A stretch of DNA of 64,000 bases. Source: Tubulanus polymorphus (Eukaryota > Animalia > Nemertea). Under the pieces are notes generated by a model that did not search any database, was not told where the DNA came from, and saw nothing but the letters and a program-made list of their open reading frames with translations. Shown here piece by piece: positions 52,090 through 64,000 of the stretch (position 1 is the first letter of the stretch; every line of letters starts with the position of its first letter). Where the stretch lies: assembly GCF_964204645.1 (NCBI RefSeq), contig NC_134028.1, positions 6,572,001-6,636,000 of the forward strand, read 5' to 3'. The translations under genes were made by a program, and so were the position numbers.

Positions 52090-52095
52090 AATAAA
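52090..52095 (+). terminator. Probable polyadenylation signal of LENG8 (3' UTR about 1.95 kb)
   Basis: AATAAA at the end of a U-rich UTR-like tract, followed by a U/GU-rich downstream sequence. Confidence 0.5.
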
Positions 52096-52780
52096 TATTA
52101 TAATAGTCTCAGTATTTATCGATCTTTTAGTTTATTGTTTATCGGCTTGAAGATAATCCAGCATTGGAAATTTGACAGACTCTAATTTTTTACTTCGGAC
52201 ATGTGGGATCGAGGATTATGTTTAACAGATGACTGAATTTAAGGTGCGTGAACTCCTGGCATGGAAGTTTAGGTTGAAATTGTTGTTGAAGTCTTTTTAT
52301 CCCTGACAACAAAGTATTTACCATATTGGGTACCTGGTAGAAATTAGTTGCTATGACTCTAATTTTGATTATTGAGACTACAATACAATAGGCTTTATTT
52401 ACATAGTAAATGTTATGTGCAATACAATATACGGATTATAGGCTTATGCAGGTCCAAAGCACAGCTGAATCGGCCTGCATGACGTTTGTACCTTACAAAA
52501 GGGAAAATACAGAAAAGTAGTGTGGGTAGCACTTGGAAGTTACAGATTATTGAGTTATTGAATTTAACAAAAAGAGGAAATTGAGATCAAGCACCCCCTA
52601 TTCAGATAGCAGTTTTAACAAATTGTGGAGCACTGACTAGGTAATTACATTCATGAACTGAAGATGGTAAGTTAGATTTCTAAAGTTAGACAATTATGAA
52701 ATTGATGTAATTTGTTGATTGGTAGGCTTCCCCATACGGCCGTAGTATTACGATAACCACGCCTAACGTGGTGAACTGAT

Positions 52781-53003
52781 AATAAGATAAAAACCCACAA
52801 TGTACAAATTAAGAGAATTCTAAAATCGAGAATTTATTTATTGAAACAATCTAAAATATAAGAACACGACGTTTCGATTTCACCCTAGAGATCATCGTCA
52901 GGTGTCTTCGAAACGTGTGTTCTTATATCTTAGATTGTTTCAATAAATAAATTCTCGATTTTACAATTCTCTTAATTTGTACATTGTGGGTTTTTATCTT
53001 ATT
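52781..53003. mobile_element. Near-perfect 223-bp inverted repeat (inverted Penelope-like terminal repeat) with a hammerhead at its centre
   Basis: Arms 52781-52877 and 52908-53003 are reverse complements with few mismatches. Possible TSD CCATACG at 52732-52738 and 53006-53012. Confidence 0.75.
52863..52906 (-). ncRNA. Minimal type I hammerhead ribozyme (Penelope/retrozyme type)
   Basis: Minus strand: GACAC-CTGACGA-T-GATCTC-TAGGGT-GAAATC-GAAAC-GTC-GTGTT. Intact core, GUC cleavage triplet, 5-bp stem I, stem II with 5 of 6 pairs. Confidence 0.8.
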
Positions 53004-53214
53004 CTCCATACGTTTTGGGGCTGTTAGATAAGTTGGTAGATATGTAAGCAGTAGCTGTGACCGAATAGCTATGGTCGCGGTGGACATTTTTGATAATTAA
53101 TTGTCAAACTGTGCCCTGGCAGGTGAGGCAATAAAAATCGCTTACAGTGGCAAGCGAGTAGCGCATTGATTAATGGAGAGAAAGTAGTGCGACCGGAAAA
53201 CTGCGAGCATCAAG

Positions 53215-53382
53215 ATGGCGGCTACTAACACTGATGATGAACATAGTCTGAAAGAAGTCGAATCTTACGTCAAGAAACACGACATTCAACAAATTCTGAA
53301 AGAATGTATCGTGCAGTTATGCGTCAGTCGGCCCGACCAGCCGCTGAAATTTCTACGGGAATACTTCGAACGACTCGAAAAG
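53215..53382 (+). CDS. PRKAR1: cAMP-dependent protein kinase type I regulatory subunit, first coding exon (dimerization/docking domain); the remaining exons are not found in the window
   Basis: [56 protein letters not shown] closely follows the RI D/D domain pattern (SLxExExYVxKHxIQxxLKxxIVQLCxxRPxxPxxFLREYFExLEK). Phase-0 donor AAG|gtaaac at 53382/53383. Confidence 0.93.
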
Positions 53383-55034
53383 GTAAACAAATTTACGATA
53401 TCTCTGGTTGTCAAGTCTTGAAAAGAAATTCAATGAATTTATTGTTGAAGTTTTGTTGATGTTATCATGTTCGACTAAAAAACCGTTAAAAGTATTCTCA
53501 AATCTAGCTACCTCTTTAACTTGAAATGGCAATGAAATGAACTATGGACTTTAAAGGTTAATGGTGTATTAATTTGCATGATGACATGACTTAATTAACT
53601 GTTGATTGACTTACTGACTCAAACAAATCAAGATAGATAGGTCTGTTTTAATTTATCACTGGACTTTAATTAGTTAGCATGACTACTAATGTAATGACAT
53701 AAAAACAAAAAGGCTTCTGTTGATCAGCGAATATGACTAAGGTCTTTATAAGTGGTACATTAGAAAATTTAATGTAGGCCTATAGTTGTGTATCTCAAAA
53801 ACATGACCTAGAACTTGGACAATTTTTTCCTGCCAAGATCTGATTTGACCTATCAGCATGACCAAATCAGTGACACGACAGCCATGTACAATATATTTTG
53901 TTATTTTAAAATAATCTACTGAAATGTGTAAACTCCTACTTCAAACGAAATCAGTTTGGTAGTCTAATCAGGCGTGTAAGACTAGTCCCAGGCATTTAGC
54001 CTAGATAACTGTATGTAGGACAGTCCAGAGACCCACAAAAGTGAAATGTCACACACATTTTGTGTTGATATAGTAACTATGAGATGCCACCAATTTTGTT
54101 ATTAGGGTAATTAACACTAGAAAAGGTCATTAGATATTTTTAAAATAGGGCCTATTTGGTCTCTAGGTAGAGTTCGAAAAGTTGTATCTCCTGATTGTGA
54201 TATAGAGTTAGTTTGCGATCTTTTTAACCCATAGTCGATTTTTATTTAATCTTGGTATCTATTCTCCACCCCTGAGTATGGCTATTTTGCTACCAGAAAA
54301 GTTATTTTGAAAGATTTGATATATTCGATCAAACAATGATTTCAACTGCTGTTGATAGAAGAATGCGGGCTATGCGTAAATCTTCAACTGCACTGGTAAG
54401 CAGTAAATTAACGTGGTAATTCTCACGATAAGCTGGTGATATGTTCGACACATTCAGCTGGAAAAGCATTTTGTATGCTGCCGTGCTGTGCGAGCCAGAA
54501 GAAGCAATCTTACTTGCACCCCGAAGCATATTTTTATTGTATCGACACTTTTTCAGAAAAGCCCTCGGGAAATTTTCGCGAAATTTGCTATGAACCTAGT
54601 AAAAATCAGAAATTGTATGAATAGGAAAAAAATTAGCCGCTGGAATAACGAAGTCAAGGTATCTGTGCCTAAAATGCTACAGTGCTTGTACTTCAGAATT
54701 TTATGAATGAGCTATGCGTCTATGCGTACACGGTGGGGCTGGTCTAAAATCTATATTCGCATAGTTTTTCTAGTACCATCTGTCACTTCTATCTGCATTT
54801 TTCACGCAGTATATATGAGTATTTCTATCGATTTATATGACTGTATATGACAGTGGAAAAAAATAGCTCTTTAATACTGTGGCAAATTTGTCCTCTATGC
54901 TTAATTGCTGATTAGAATAAGTCAAAGCTATTTTTAGAAGTGCTATTTGGTCCTGGGGGGATTTTGTTCACCGTCCAGGGGGTCATTTGTTGTCTGTTTA
55001 TCGCTAACCAGGAGGTAGAACGTCACTTAGGCAG

Positions 55035-55035
<1 letters not shown>

Positions 55036-55108
<73 letters not shown>
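55036..55108. repeat. (TA)n microsatellite in the PKA-RI intron
   Basis: Read directly from the sequence. Confidence 0.95.
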
Positions 55109-55113
<5 letters not shown>

Positions 55114-56689
55114 GTGTGATGTTTGAAATTAAAGCCCCTTACAGTCTTACAAATGAAAGAATCAGTTACCTAGACAATATCTACCGGTATTTACTTAACG
55201 ATGGCTTCTTTGAATGTAGGCAGGCCTATATCAGTTTCAATTGTAGCTAAGAAATGAATATGTTTTATATAGGCCTCCTATAGCCTGGCGTCAACTGCTT
55301 CGATTTTCGACATGAAACACAATAAATTGGTTCCTGCAGCTATATGCTAATGACTTTTAAAAAGTCAAAGGATGCTGCTTCTTGGAAAGAAAAATCGAAC
55401 TCGCTTCAGAGCTCTCTCTCCTCTCCACCCTCTCTCTCTTTCTCTCGTCTCATTCTTTCTCTCACTCTCGCGTTATACAACCTGGTGTAAGCCTTCAACT
55501 GGTATTCCGGGATATTATTTGTATGTAAGGAATACGGCGTCTCTGCTAAAAAGAAAGTTACTTTAACCCTTTCAAACTTATACCAGAACTGCCTTAGATG
55601 TGCTGCCTATGTATGAATTGATTACAATATATCCCCTCTCGCTGCGGACTCTGAGACGTGTGAATAATAACTAGAAAACTAACTTATAGACGCCTTGATA
55701 AAAAATACGTGTATCGCTTAATATTGCCGATAATAAATGATGTTATATGAATTACGTTGATGACAGAGTGCAAACATGGACTCAATCAGAACCGCTCAAA
55801 TAATGCATAGTAGGAATCAACGTTATCGTAACAGTTTTTATGGCGTCTAAAAAAAATTCATCGCAAAAGTTAGATCCTTTCCCTAGATGACAAGTTTCAG
55901 TGGAAGTTTGAATATTTTTCATAATATACATTGCTGAGTAAGGCAATATTTCCATAGGCCTATAACACTTCGCGTAGTATCGTCTGGATGGAAAACATAT
56001 TTCGAGAGCTTATGTGTCAACAGTTTCTTAGAATGAGTCGGTGAGAATTTGTTGTAAGCGTTCGTCTTTATTGCTGAAATCTCGACGCGACATTTAGATT
56101 CCAAGTGTTGCAGTCGACGAATGACATCATGGACTTTTCAGTTATCGGATTTGACATTAACGAGAATTTGAACGCAAAACTTGCGTTGAATTTCATTTAA
56201 TATTGAAGAAGCCATGAAGTGTGTGTGTGTGTGGACTCGGATGCTTTTTACAAAGACGAGAAGCCTCACAGAGCCGTGTGGCATTCTGTGAAACGTGATT
56301 AAAGCCACTGATTTCAAATACATTTTCGACAACCTGTGTTTCAGTATTCCCCGTAACAATAGATAGAACTGTGTTAAGTGTTTTCAGTTCAGGTATAGTT
56401 TTCAAAACGGTATGAAATCTGGTCACCTCTTACCTAGCTCGAGAAGGTACTTGACAGAAATTTGTGAATTTTTTGTAAGCCACCCTGTAGTTTTTTTCAG
56501 GCAAAGTTTCTGAATGAATCATTTCATAAATGATAGGGTTTATAGCGAATCTGACAATGGCCTGAAAAGTAGTTTTTTTGTGTGGAAAATTTCGTGTAGG
56601 TCCTGGTAAGTGCTTACTTTTCAGATATGATCCTGAAAATGTGGAAAAGTGATCAATATTTGGAGACTATGCCATCACAAGAAATTTCT

Positions 56690-56953
56690 ACTTTTTGATT
56701 CTAAAAAATACTGGCATCGTCTATGGATTCCGGGGAGAGTGCTATCTTTTAACTTATGAATTATGTTCAAAAGTACTGACTAATGATTGTTTTACCATCA
56801 ACGAAGGCCATAGGCCTTATACTTTTTGATTCTGAAAAATACTGGCATCGTCCATGGATTACGGGGAGAGTGCTATCTTTTTACTTTTGAATTATGTTCA
56901 AAAGTACTGACTAATGATTGTTTTACCATCAAAGAAGGCCATAAGCCTTATAC
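56690..56953. repeat. Tandem duplication, unit 131 bp, 2 copies
   Basis: actttttgattct(a/g)aaaaatactggcatcgtc...gccttatac starts at 56690 and again at 56821, with few substitutions. Confidence 0.9.
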
Positions 56954-58081
56954 CTGTATGCAGACAGGGCTCTTAGTGTTGATATCTAATGTTCTTTGTG
57001 AAAAAAAATTCTCTTAGAATTGTTCTTTATCAAGTTCTTGCTTCAGGCTGACTGCCACTAACCATGCATTATGATTCATTGTTGATGAGTTTTGCAGGAA
57101 ATATCTAGGCTATTCAGTAAGTGTACTGATTTAAATTGACGCTCTCTTGGTTGAAATAGCTGGATGTTTAGTTCACTGTGTATTGCAAAGATGGCAGCAC
57201 CGTTTGTGGTAATCGACGAAGTTGCCGATTGTTTTTCGTGTAATTGGAGCGGAGCGTTTAACTCTGGCTGCCGATTTATTCAGGTCATCTTTTATTCATC
57301 TCTATATACAATCATCGTCAGCAGTGCTGGAAAGTGATAATTTGAATCCGGCGATTATGACGCAAGTGTAGGAAACAGTTGAAAGCGTTGAACTGTCGGT
57401 GTGGTATTCATTCACACTTCTAAAGACGCTCCGAGCGTGAACAAGTTGTCGTTATTCGTATATAGCCAAGTAGTAGTAACCGCTAGGCGAGTAGGACCGG
57501 ATAGAAGATAGATATTAGAAATCATATCCGCAGTTCGATAAGGGATTATCAGCGCCGTCACGTCGCATCGCTCTCAGGTCAACACACGCGTTTAGTAGAG
57601 TAGAACACGCCCGTGATCTATTGCGCCTGTATTATCGACGCGTAAGTAAGCTCTACTCGCACTCTGCGTACGTACCGTGTGCGAAGTGCGTATCGGCTAC
57701 GAAAAAATTGATTAAAAACCTCGCCGTCTTTATTCTCCTCGAGAGTGAGTGTTGCTTACACTGCTGCAGCTCGAACGTGGCCGTCGTCGTTGTTCGTGAC
57801 GCTGGAGTAAAAGTAACTAGTGCGCATACACACATCTTGGCTAATATCTCCTCCTCTATCGCTGTATCGGTAGTGGTGGTGGTGGTCGTGTCGGCATCGC
57901 GGACATCGCTGGCATAAACTAGGCTCTTGTCTTGGTTTGTTGATTGTTGATTCCGTATATTGTAACTACGCACGCGCGCGGGGTTTACCACCATCGGATC
58001 TATTCCAACGCAACGACTGAGAGAGAGAGCTTCAGGGCGTTGAGGATTATTCGTTATCGTTTCGACCAGATCTAGCGAACA

Positions 58082-58270
58082 ATGGGAAATAAATTGCAAA
58101 TTCCGGTCGTTTTTCGACGCACCAGTAAAAACGACGGCGCTGCCGCGACTGCTGCTAATACGACAGGTGTCGAAGAGGAAGACGACAAGGAGAATAAAGA
58201 TGGGAATACCAGCGGCGTCGCGACCTTGACTATTCCTGCCATATCAACCGGTACTGCTGATGAACAAAAG
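58082..58270 (+). CDS. Candidate alternative first coding exon of PKA-RI (63 aa, MGNKLQIP...DEQK)
   Basis: Strong Kozak context (ACAATGG), in-frame upstream TAG at 58073, protein-like low-complexity acidic sequence, and a phase-0 donor AAG|gtatct matching the phase of the D/D exon. Preceded by about 900 bp of CpG-rich leader-like sequence. Confidence 0.6.
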
Positions 58271-58376
58271 GTATCTTAAGTTTGTTAGTAAGAAGAGGGT
58301 ACACTCTATACTCGGTGAAATAAGTCGGGGGAAATGATTGAATGAGATAGTAAATTGCCAATGTTTGAAAGTTAAG

Positions 58377-58484
58377 GACCCAGTTCTACAGTTGTGAGTT
58401 AAGATTTGACTCTGGGTTAACTCATTGAAAATGAACTGGTTTTAACTCAGAGTTAAGTTTAACTCAAAAATGTGTAACTGGGTC
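58377..58484. mobile_element. Third copy (inverted) of the 31864-32070 MITE family
   Basis: gacccagttctacagttgtgagttaagatttgac...tgtgtaactgggtc, with AAG on both flanks. Confidence 0.7.
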
Positions 58485-61400
58485 AAGGAGACTAATAGTA
58501 ACGATGCTGGGGTCCTGCTTAACTGCCTTCTACCCGTTTAAAAACTTCCCATATTGGCGTAGCGAATAACGGCTAACGCAAGCTTACTAAAGCCGCCGAC
58601 TCCACCGTAGGAATGCCAACTGGTTCTGTTAGCGTGGCGGGGTTCTCGCGAATTCGGCGGCGCGTAATTAACGGCACAGGCCTGAATATCATTCGAACAC
58701 TGCCTTTGACGTGGTATTAAGTGCGGTCTGAACAGTTCAGTCGAGAGTTCATGATCTAATTAATGGCCCCCGGTATTTACGGTTGATTGGTGACGCGCCT
58801 TTCCAGACTATCGTCTCGGTCGACGAGATCCCGGCTAATTCTTCAATCTAATAGATGTGATGTTGTTAATACAGTATGATGGGTCTATTGATATTCCGGC
58901 TGCAGTAAGAGACCAACGGCCTGTTTGTTATATGTGTTGTATATGCAGGAATTCCCATGTATTCACTGTGTGTGTATATACACGTAAACCCATTATGGTT
59001 TTATATCGGCACCAGTCAGCGATGTGATAACTAATTTATAGTCGACTGCTGTATATTCCTTCGACGATTCTCTTCGATTGTGCTCAGATGGAATGTTAAT
59101 GCCGTTTATGCGATGATGGTCACATAGTGGCCGTCAAGTGTCTGGGTCCTTAATAAAATTCCGCGGTGGCTAGGTCCATAGCGCACACATCGACAGCAAC
59201 TGAGATGTGTTATCTAGCAAATATTCTCAAAGGCATCTCGAGTCACGAGTCACATGACAAATTGCTTATACTCAGTTGCAACCATGTGTTTTTGATTATA
59301 GAGCGCCCACATCACTGATATGACAGTAACTGAGTACAACTAGTTGCTCAAAAGTAGAACATGGGCAACTGGCTGGAACTGGAGATAGATGGACGCTAAC
59401 CAGTTGACGCTAACCATTCGTAAGCTAGCTCACATCAGCACGTTCGAGCAACTCATTGTATGCAGCCAGTTGCTCTCATGCGCCGAAAACTGCCCGGCAA
59501 CTATTGTCTCCAATCGCAGTGTCGGTGTATGCTAGGCTTAAGATCCGACCTGATCTTCGGGTCATAGGGAATCGGGAACCAGACGCTAATTTTTCAGTCA
59601 GGGAATATTTGCGACGTGAGCGTAGGGCCTAGTTAAGATCGTTAAAACTGATGGCGACCAGTCGTAAGCTGCAATCGGACATGTTCTATTTCTTACGACG
59701 ATCGGATGAAATCAGCCGACGAAATCGCCCAGAAGATTTAAGGCCTTAAGATCCGAAAGGTAGATTACCTGACTTTTTCAAGTCTTAGATTTACAAAGTA
59801 TAAATGTGAACCTCGGCGTTACTGGATAAACTGAACTCTTTGAATTCGTAATTTTCATCTCAACGTGTCTTTGATGAACGTAATGAACCCGCTCGTTCCG
59901 AGGACGGGCATCCCGTATTTGTCTTTAAGAAGAAACCCACAAAATTCTTCGTGTCTCTTTCTGTTCGTCGACTTACGCCTTTGATTTCCATCCACTCGCG
60001 CCGTAATCATCCGAGTCTCGTCTCTTCGGATGACATTTTCTAAGTCTTCTCGTCTTCTATCCGTATCACACGCATGTAAAGTATTTACTGCGGTCCTTAC
60101 GAACCCGTCAACAAGTGCGTCGTCGTCGTATGCTGGTTCTCGGGGAGCGTTCCCCGAGTGGACGTACGGCACCAGTTTCGGAAGCGTATTCGCAATTCCG
60201 GTTTCGAATTTGATGTTTTTACGCTATACGGACTTCAGGCGTATAATCATCTTATACTCGATAAAACGTAGCTGTCATATTTTCTGGTTGTTGTTTTTTC
60301 TCTCCTCAATATTATCGATCGGTCAAATACAGGTGATTATGGATTCGTACAATTGAATAGGCTTATGATGTTGAGTTTATGGGAATCTGGATTCTGTCGA
60401 AACCATTAGTCGATCGGTAATTCGATTATTCCATATAGGTTTATCGAATTTAGCCGGCATGTGATGTAAGGGTAAGACTTGGTAAGACTTAGCGACAGTA
60501 TCTATCCGGCTGTAGCGTTAAACATACCTGTGGTCAGCTTATCGCGCGGTTTCAATTTTATCATTTTGGAATACCACGATGTTTTGTTGTTAAATTGTCT
60601 GTAATACGGGATAACGCTACTATTCTCTCGACATTCGACATGGATTTAGATGTAGGTAATATTTCTAACTATTTGTGGTTCTTCTAGTGAATTTTCTTCA
60701 CACCAATTTGTCTGAAAATATACAGTGAAATATACTTATCATTCCAACCCAAAATACATAATATACTTTATGTATTTTTGTTCCAACTGATGATGGCTAT
60801 TAGTCAACAGCCGAAAAGTTGTGGTTTCATTTTGATAAATTCTATTGTATGAATTTGAATTTTGGGACTTCTTCATTTATATACTTATCATAATCTTAGC
60901 CTGTTGTGGTCTGTAGGCCCTATGGGAAATGTGTTCGTATCTTAGCTTTGATCCCCGCCTTATGAAATCCCGAATCTTGTTTCTGATAACCACTCTGAAA
61001 CAAGTGCCCCCAAGAGAACTGTCCCGATTTTTCAATGCCTTGTCAAGATTGTATTTCATAATCTAAGGAAAGTTCTCCTAATCTAAGGAAAATTTACAAT
61101 TAGTTATAAGCTGCAATAGTTCGTTTTAGCAGATCCAGGTTAGCGACAGCAACTAAACCAAAATGTTCAGAAACTGAACCCAGAATAAATCAAAATCTTC
61201 CCAAATTCATTGGAATTAGTTGATAGTGTGGTTTTACTTTGATAAAGATTATGAGAAAAAATGGGGTGGGGGGAATTGTCCTGACAACGAAAATAGGTTT
61301 CTTCATTTCATATCAATTTTTCTCTAGAAATAGATACTTACGCTGCGCGAATTTACAGGAGTTTGATTAGTTGTTGTTACAACTACCGCTGAAAGCTTCT

Positions 61401-64000
61401 TATTATCGGCGGCTTCCATTTCTACGTCGTAATTATTGCGACGATCTGCTTTCCCTCTCTCACACTGTCACCGGCGAGCTCTTATTACCGAATACAGGTC
61501 TCATAATCAGGTGACTTAAAATGACGGCTTTTAAGAAGATTTTCGTCGCGCCGGATCAGCAAAATTAATGAATACAGACTCGCAAATACAGAAACGGTGG
61601 CGGTTTCGTTGTAGATTTATTTACGATCTGACGTCGTAGTAGTCGGCGAGATTTTAAAACCACTTCGACCGACGTAGTTGAAATGCTAATGTTATTCGTA
61701 CTGAGGTGTTTTATCGCCCGTCGTACCGGAATTACCCGCGTAAAATACTAACGAATTGATTTATATAAGCCTACGCACGCACTGTTTGGTCTGACAAACA
61801 ACTGGGTGTATAAGAAACGTTATCCAGCTTGACACGATCCCAATGATTCCTTGATCTTAAAAACTCCTTCAAAATGGTATTAATGCTTTAAAGGTGCTTG
61901 ATACTCCTTTGATTTGAACAAAATGCCAAAAACTATGAAAATTTTTTGTCTGGTTATAGTTGTACAGTAGACTATGCCTAAATTGATACTTAGGCACCTG
62001 CGGTAATTTTTTTTACCCAATTAGGCGGTTACCAAGTTAGTAACTGAATCCTTGTTAACTCCTTATATCCAGGAATGACTGATCCATAGGGACCTTACCC
62101 TGCTTGAGGATACAAGCCATTTTTTACTTTGATCTCACATAAACGAGGCCTATTTTCATGTTGATATTCCTAATTTTAGGTTATTCATATATTAGCTTGC
62201 TCGGCTACAATATTTTAGCCCAGTTTGGAACCGCCTAACTGGTTCGAATGAACCGGGTTGGCAAACTTGCCTCTCTGAATCACGGTTAGCAAGTAATTAA
62301 ATCTTATCCACTAGCGAGGAGATTTACAGCGTTCGAAACCCTAAAAGCACCACGGATATTTGAGTTATTAGACTACATTTTCCAGGTATTGCCGAATCGA
62401 TACAATACTAGTTTCATTAGTCGATACGGTGTACCACCGAACTGAGTTTGTTTGTATCTAAATTTAGACGTTTGTTTAGTGTATTTTATATATAAACCTA
62501 TATTGACGTGCCTACACCCAGGCATACGCTTTGATTGTCTACGAGTGAAAATCAAATCTCCGTTTAGGTATATTCGGTGAATAAATTTGTCTTAATTTAG
62601 TTGATCCCTCTTAGATGTGGATTCGCTTGCGTCGGTGATTTTAGTGGAAAGCTGTAGTTACTTCCGTTTGTATAGGCCTAGTAATTGTTACGTTTAACGA
62701 TGAATTTGAGGAATTGAAATCAAGATTGTCGAGGTCATCCAGTAACTGCTATGGCAAAAAAATGTCCCTAGTTTAGCATGTTTTGCCAAATATCTGACTG
62801 TTTGAAAATTATCGAAACAACTCGAAGTACATCCAAGTGTGCGCAGGGGAACTCCAGTGCGCTTTGCTACACTGCTTTCCTTGCCGATGCATATGCATTA
62901 TTACTCAACCAGAAACTGGCACCTTAAAAATAGCACGTATATCGCTCGATGTTCTCGACAAACAATGATATGATATCGAGGATCGATGAAGTTATTTTCG
63001 ATTTGATAATAACCAATTTGAATGCGCTTGTCCGGAGGATGTAACGATGCATGAAACGAGAGTGTTTTTAAGACTTTAAGAACATGGACACATTACGTCC
63101 ATATTTGAATTCATCGACACACATCGACCTAGCTCCGGCTACGTTCAGTCCGTTCCGAAGTCAGATGGCGACTTAGAAAAAAATTGTCGGCAATAAAAAA
63201 ATTGTTCCATGTTTGATGGTAAATTGTGTTATCACTGTGTTGTAGTCGGCATTTGAATTCGTCGCGCTTACCATACATTAATATGTATGCGATAAGTCGA
63301 CCTTGGCACGCAGCGGAGCCGGCTCTGATTTCCTACGGGATTCCGGTTTTGAAATGTATTTCTCGCCGGCGGCAGCGACGACGGCGACATTTTTCACGAG
63401 TTCGTTGAATTTTTGAATGCAATTATCAGACGTTGAGATATTGCGTGACTATGACAGGAATGCTAATTATTGCGGCGTCTGTCCTACTGGGGGAATCAAC
63501 TCTCCTGCTAAGTTTTTGTTTGCTTCTTTACAAAATGTTCCATATATGGAAAAACCGTGGAAGACATTTTTCAACCCTCGGCTATTCGACCTAAATGTAG
63601 ATCAGCGATTGGGTATCTAGTAATCAATGGGCATTAGTTCTAGAGTTCCTCTGTAGATGGCAGTACAGTCAGTCTGTTATGTATTTTTCTCCACGCACCA
63701 AGCAAATGGTTGGAGAGTAATTAAATGATCTTATCATAGGCCTATCTTGTATTATCATATCTCATTTTTCTGGGTGGCATCTTGTCCTGGAAAACTCAGG
63801 GAGTCAGAAAAATTGAGAAAAAATCAAGCAAAACTCTGGAAATTTGGTAAATTTTGTAAACAAAAAAAAAAACCCCTGTGAACAATGGAGAATTTGTATA
63901 TTAACCGCACGTTGTTTATAAATAGGTGAAAGTTTCATCTAGGGTAACGTAGTGACTACTAACTAGCATCGATGTCCTATTGCACACTATCGCCACCTGT

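Noticed and set aside
1-64000. CRISPR arrays, operons, rRNA/tRNA genes, autonomous transposase or reverse-transcriptase ORFs
   Set aside because: The sequence is spliced eukaryotic DNA. No regularly spaced repeat-spacer array, structural RNA gene or long TE ORF was seen.

Overview
AT-rich, intron-containing animal genomic DNA, most consistent with a marine invertebrate such as a lophotrochozoan (taxon is inference). By manual GT-AG, phase-checked exon assembly the window holds five protein-coding genes. On the minus strand: a class A neuropeptide-type GPCR (4 coding exons, 14.8 kb intron, C-terminal exon unresolved), a complete 7-exon secreted trypsin-family protease (319 aa), and a complete 15-exon repeat protein (619 aa) resembling SAXO5/TEX45-type axonemal proteins. 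On the plus strand: a complete 12-exon LENG8/Thp3 homolog (808 aa) and the first coding exon of the PKA type I regulatory subunit. Non-coding DNA is rich in palindromic MITEs. Most interesting: (1) two intact minimal type I hammerhead ribozymes plus a third half-copy in Penelope/retrozyme-like insertions with target-site duplications; (2) a candidate alternative first exon (MGNKL...) that would replace the PKA-RI dimerization/docking domain with a possibly myristoylated N-terminus; (3) a candidate poison exon preceded by G-tracts in the last LENG8 intron; (4) a Gly193-to-Tyr oxyanion-hole substitution in an otherwise intact protease. No searches were run, so family names come from motif recognition.
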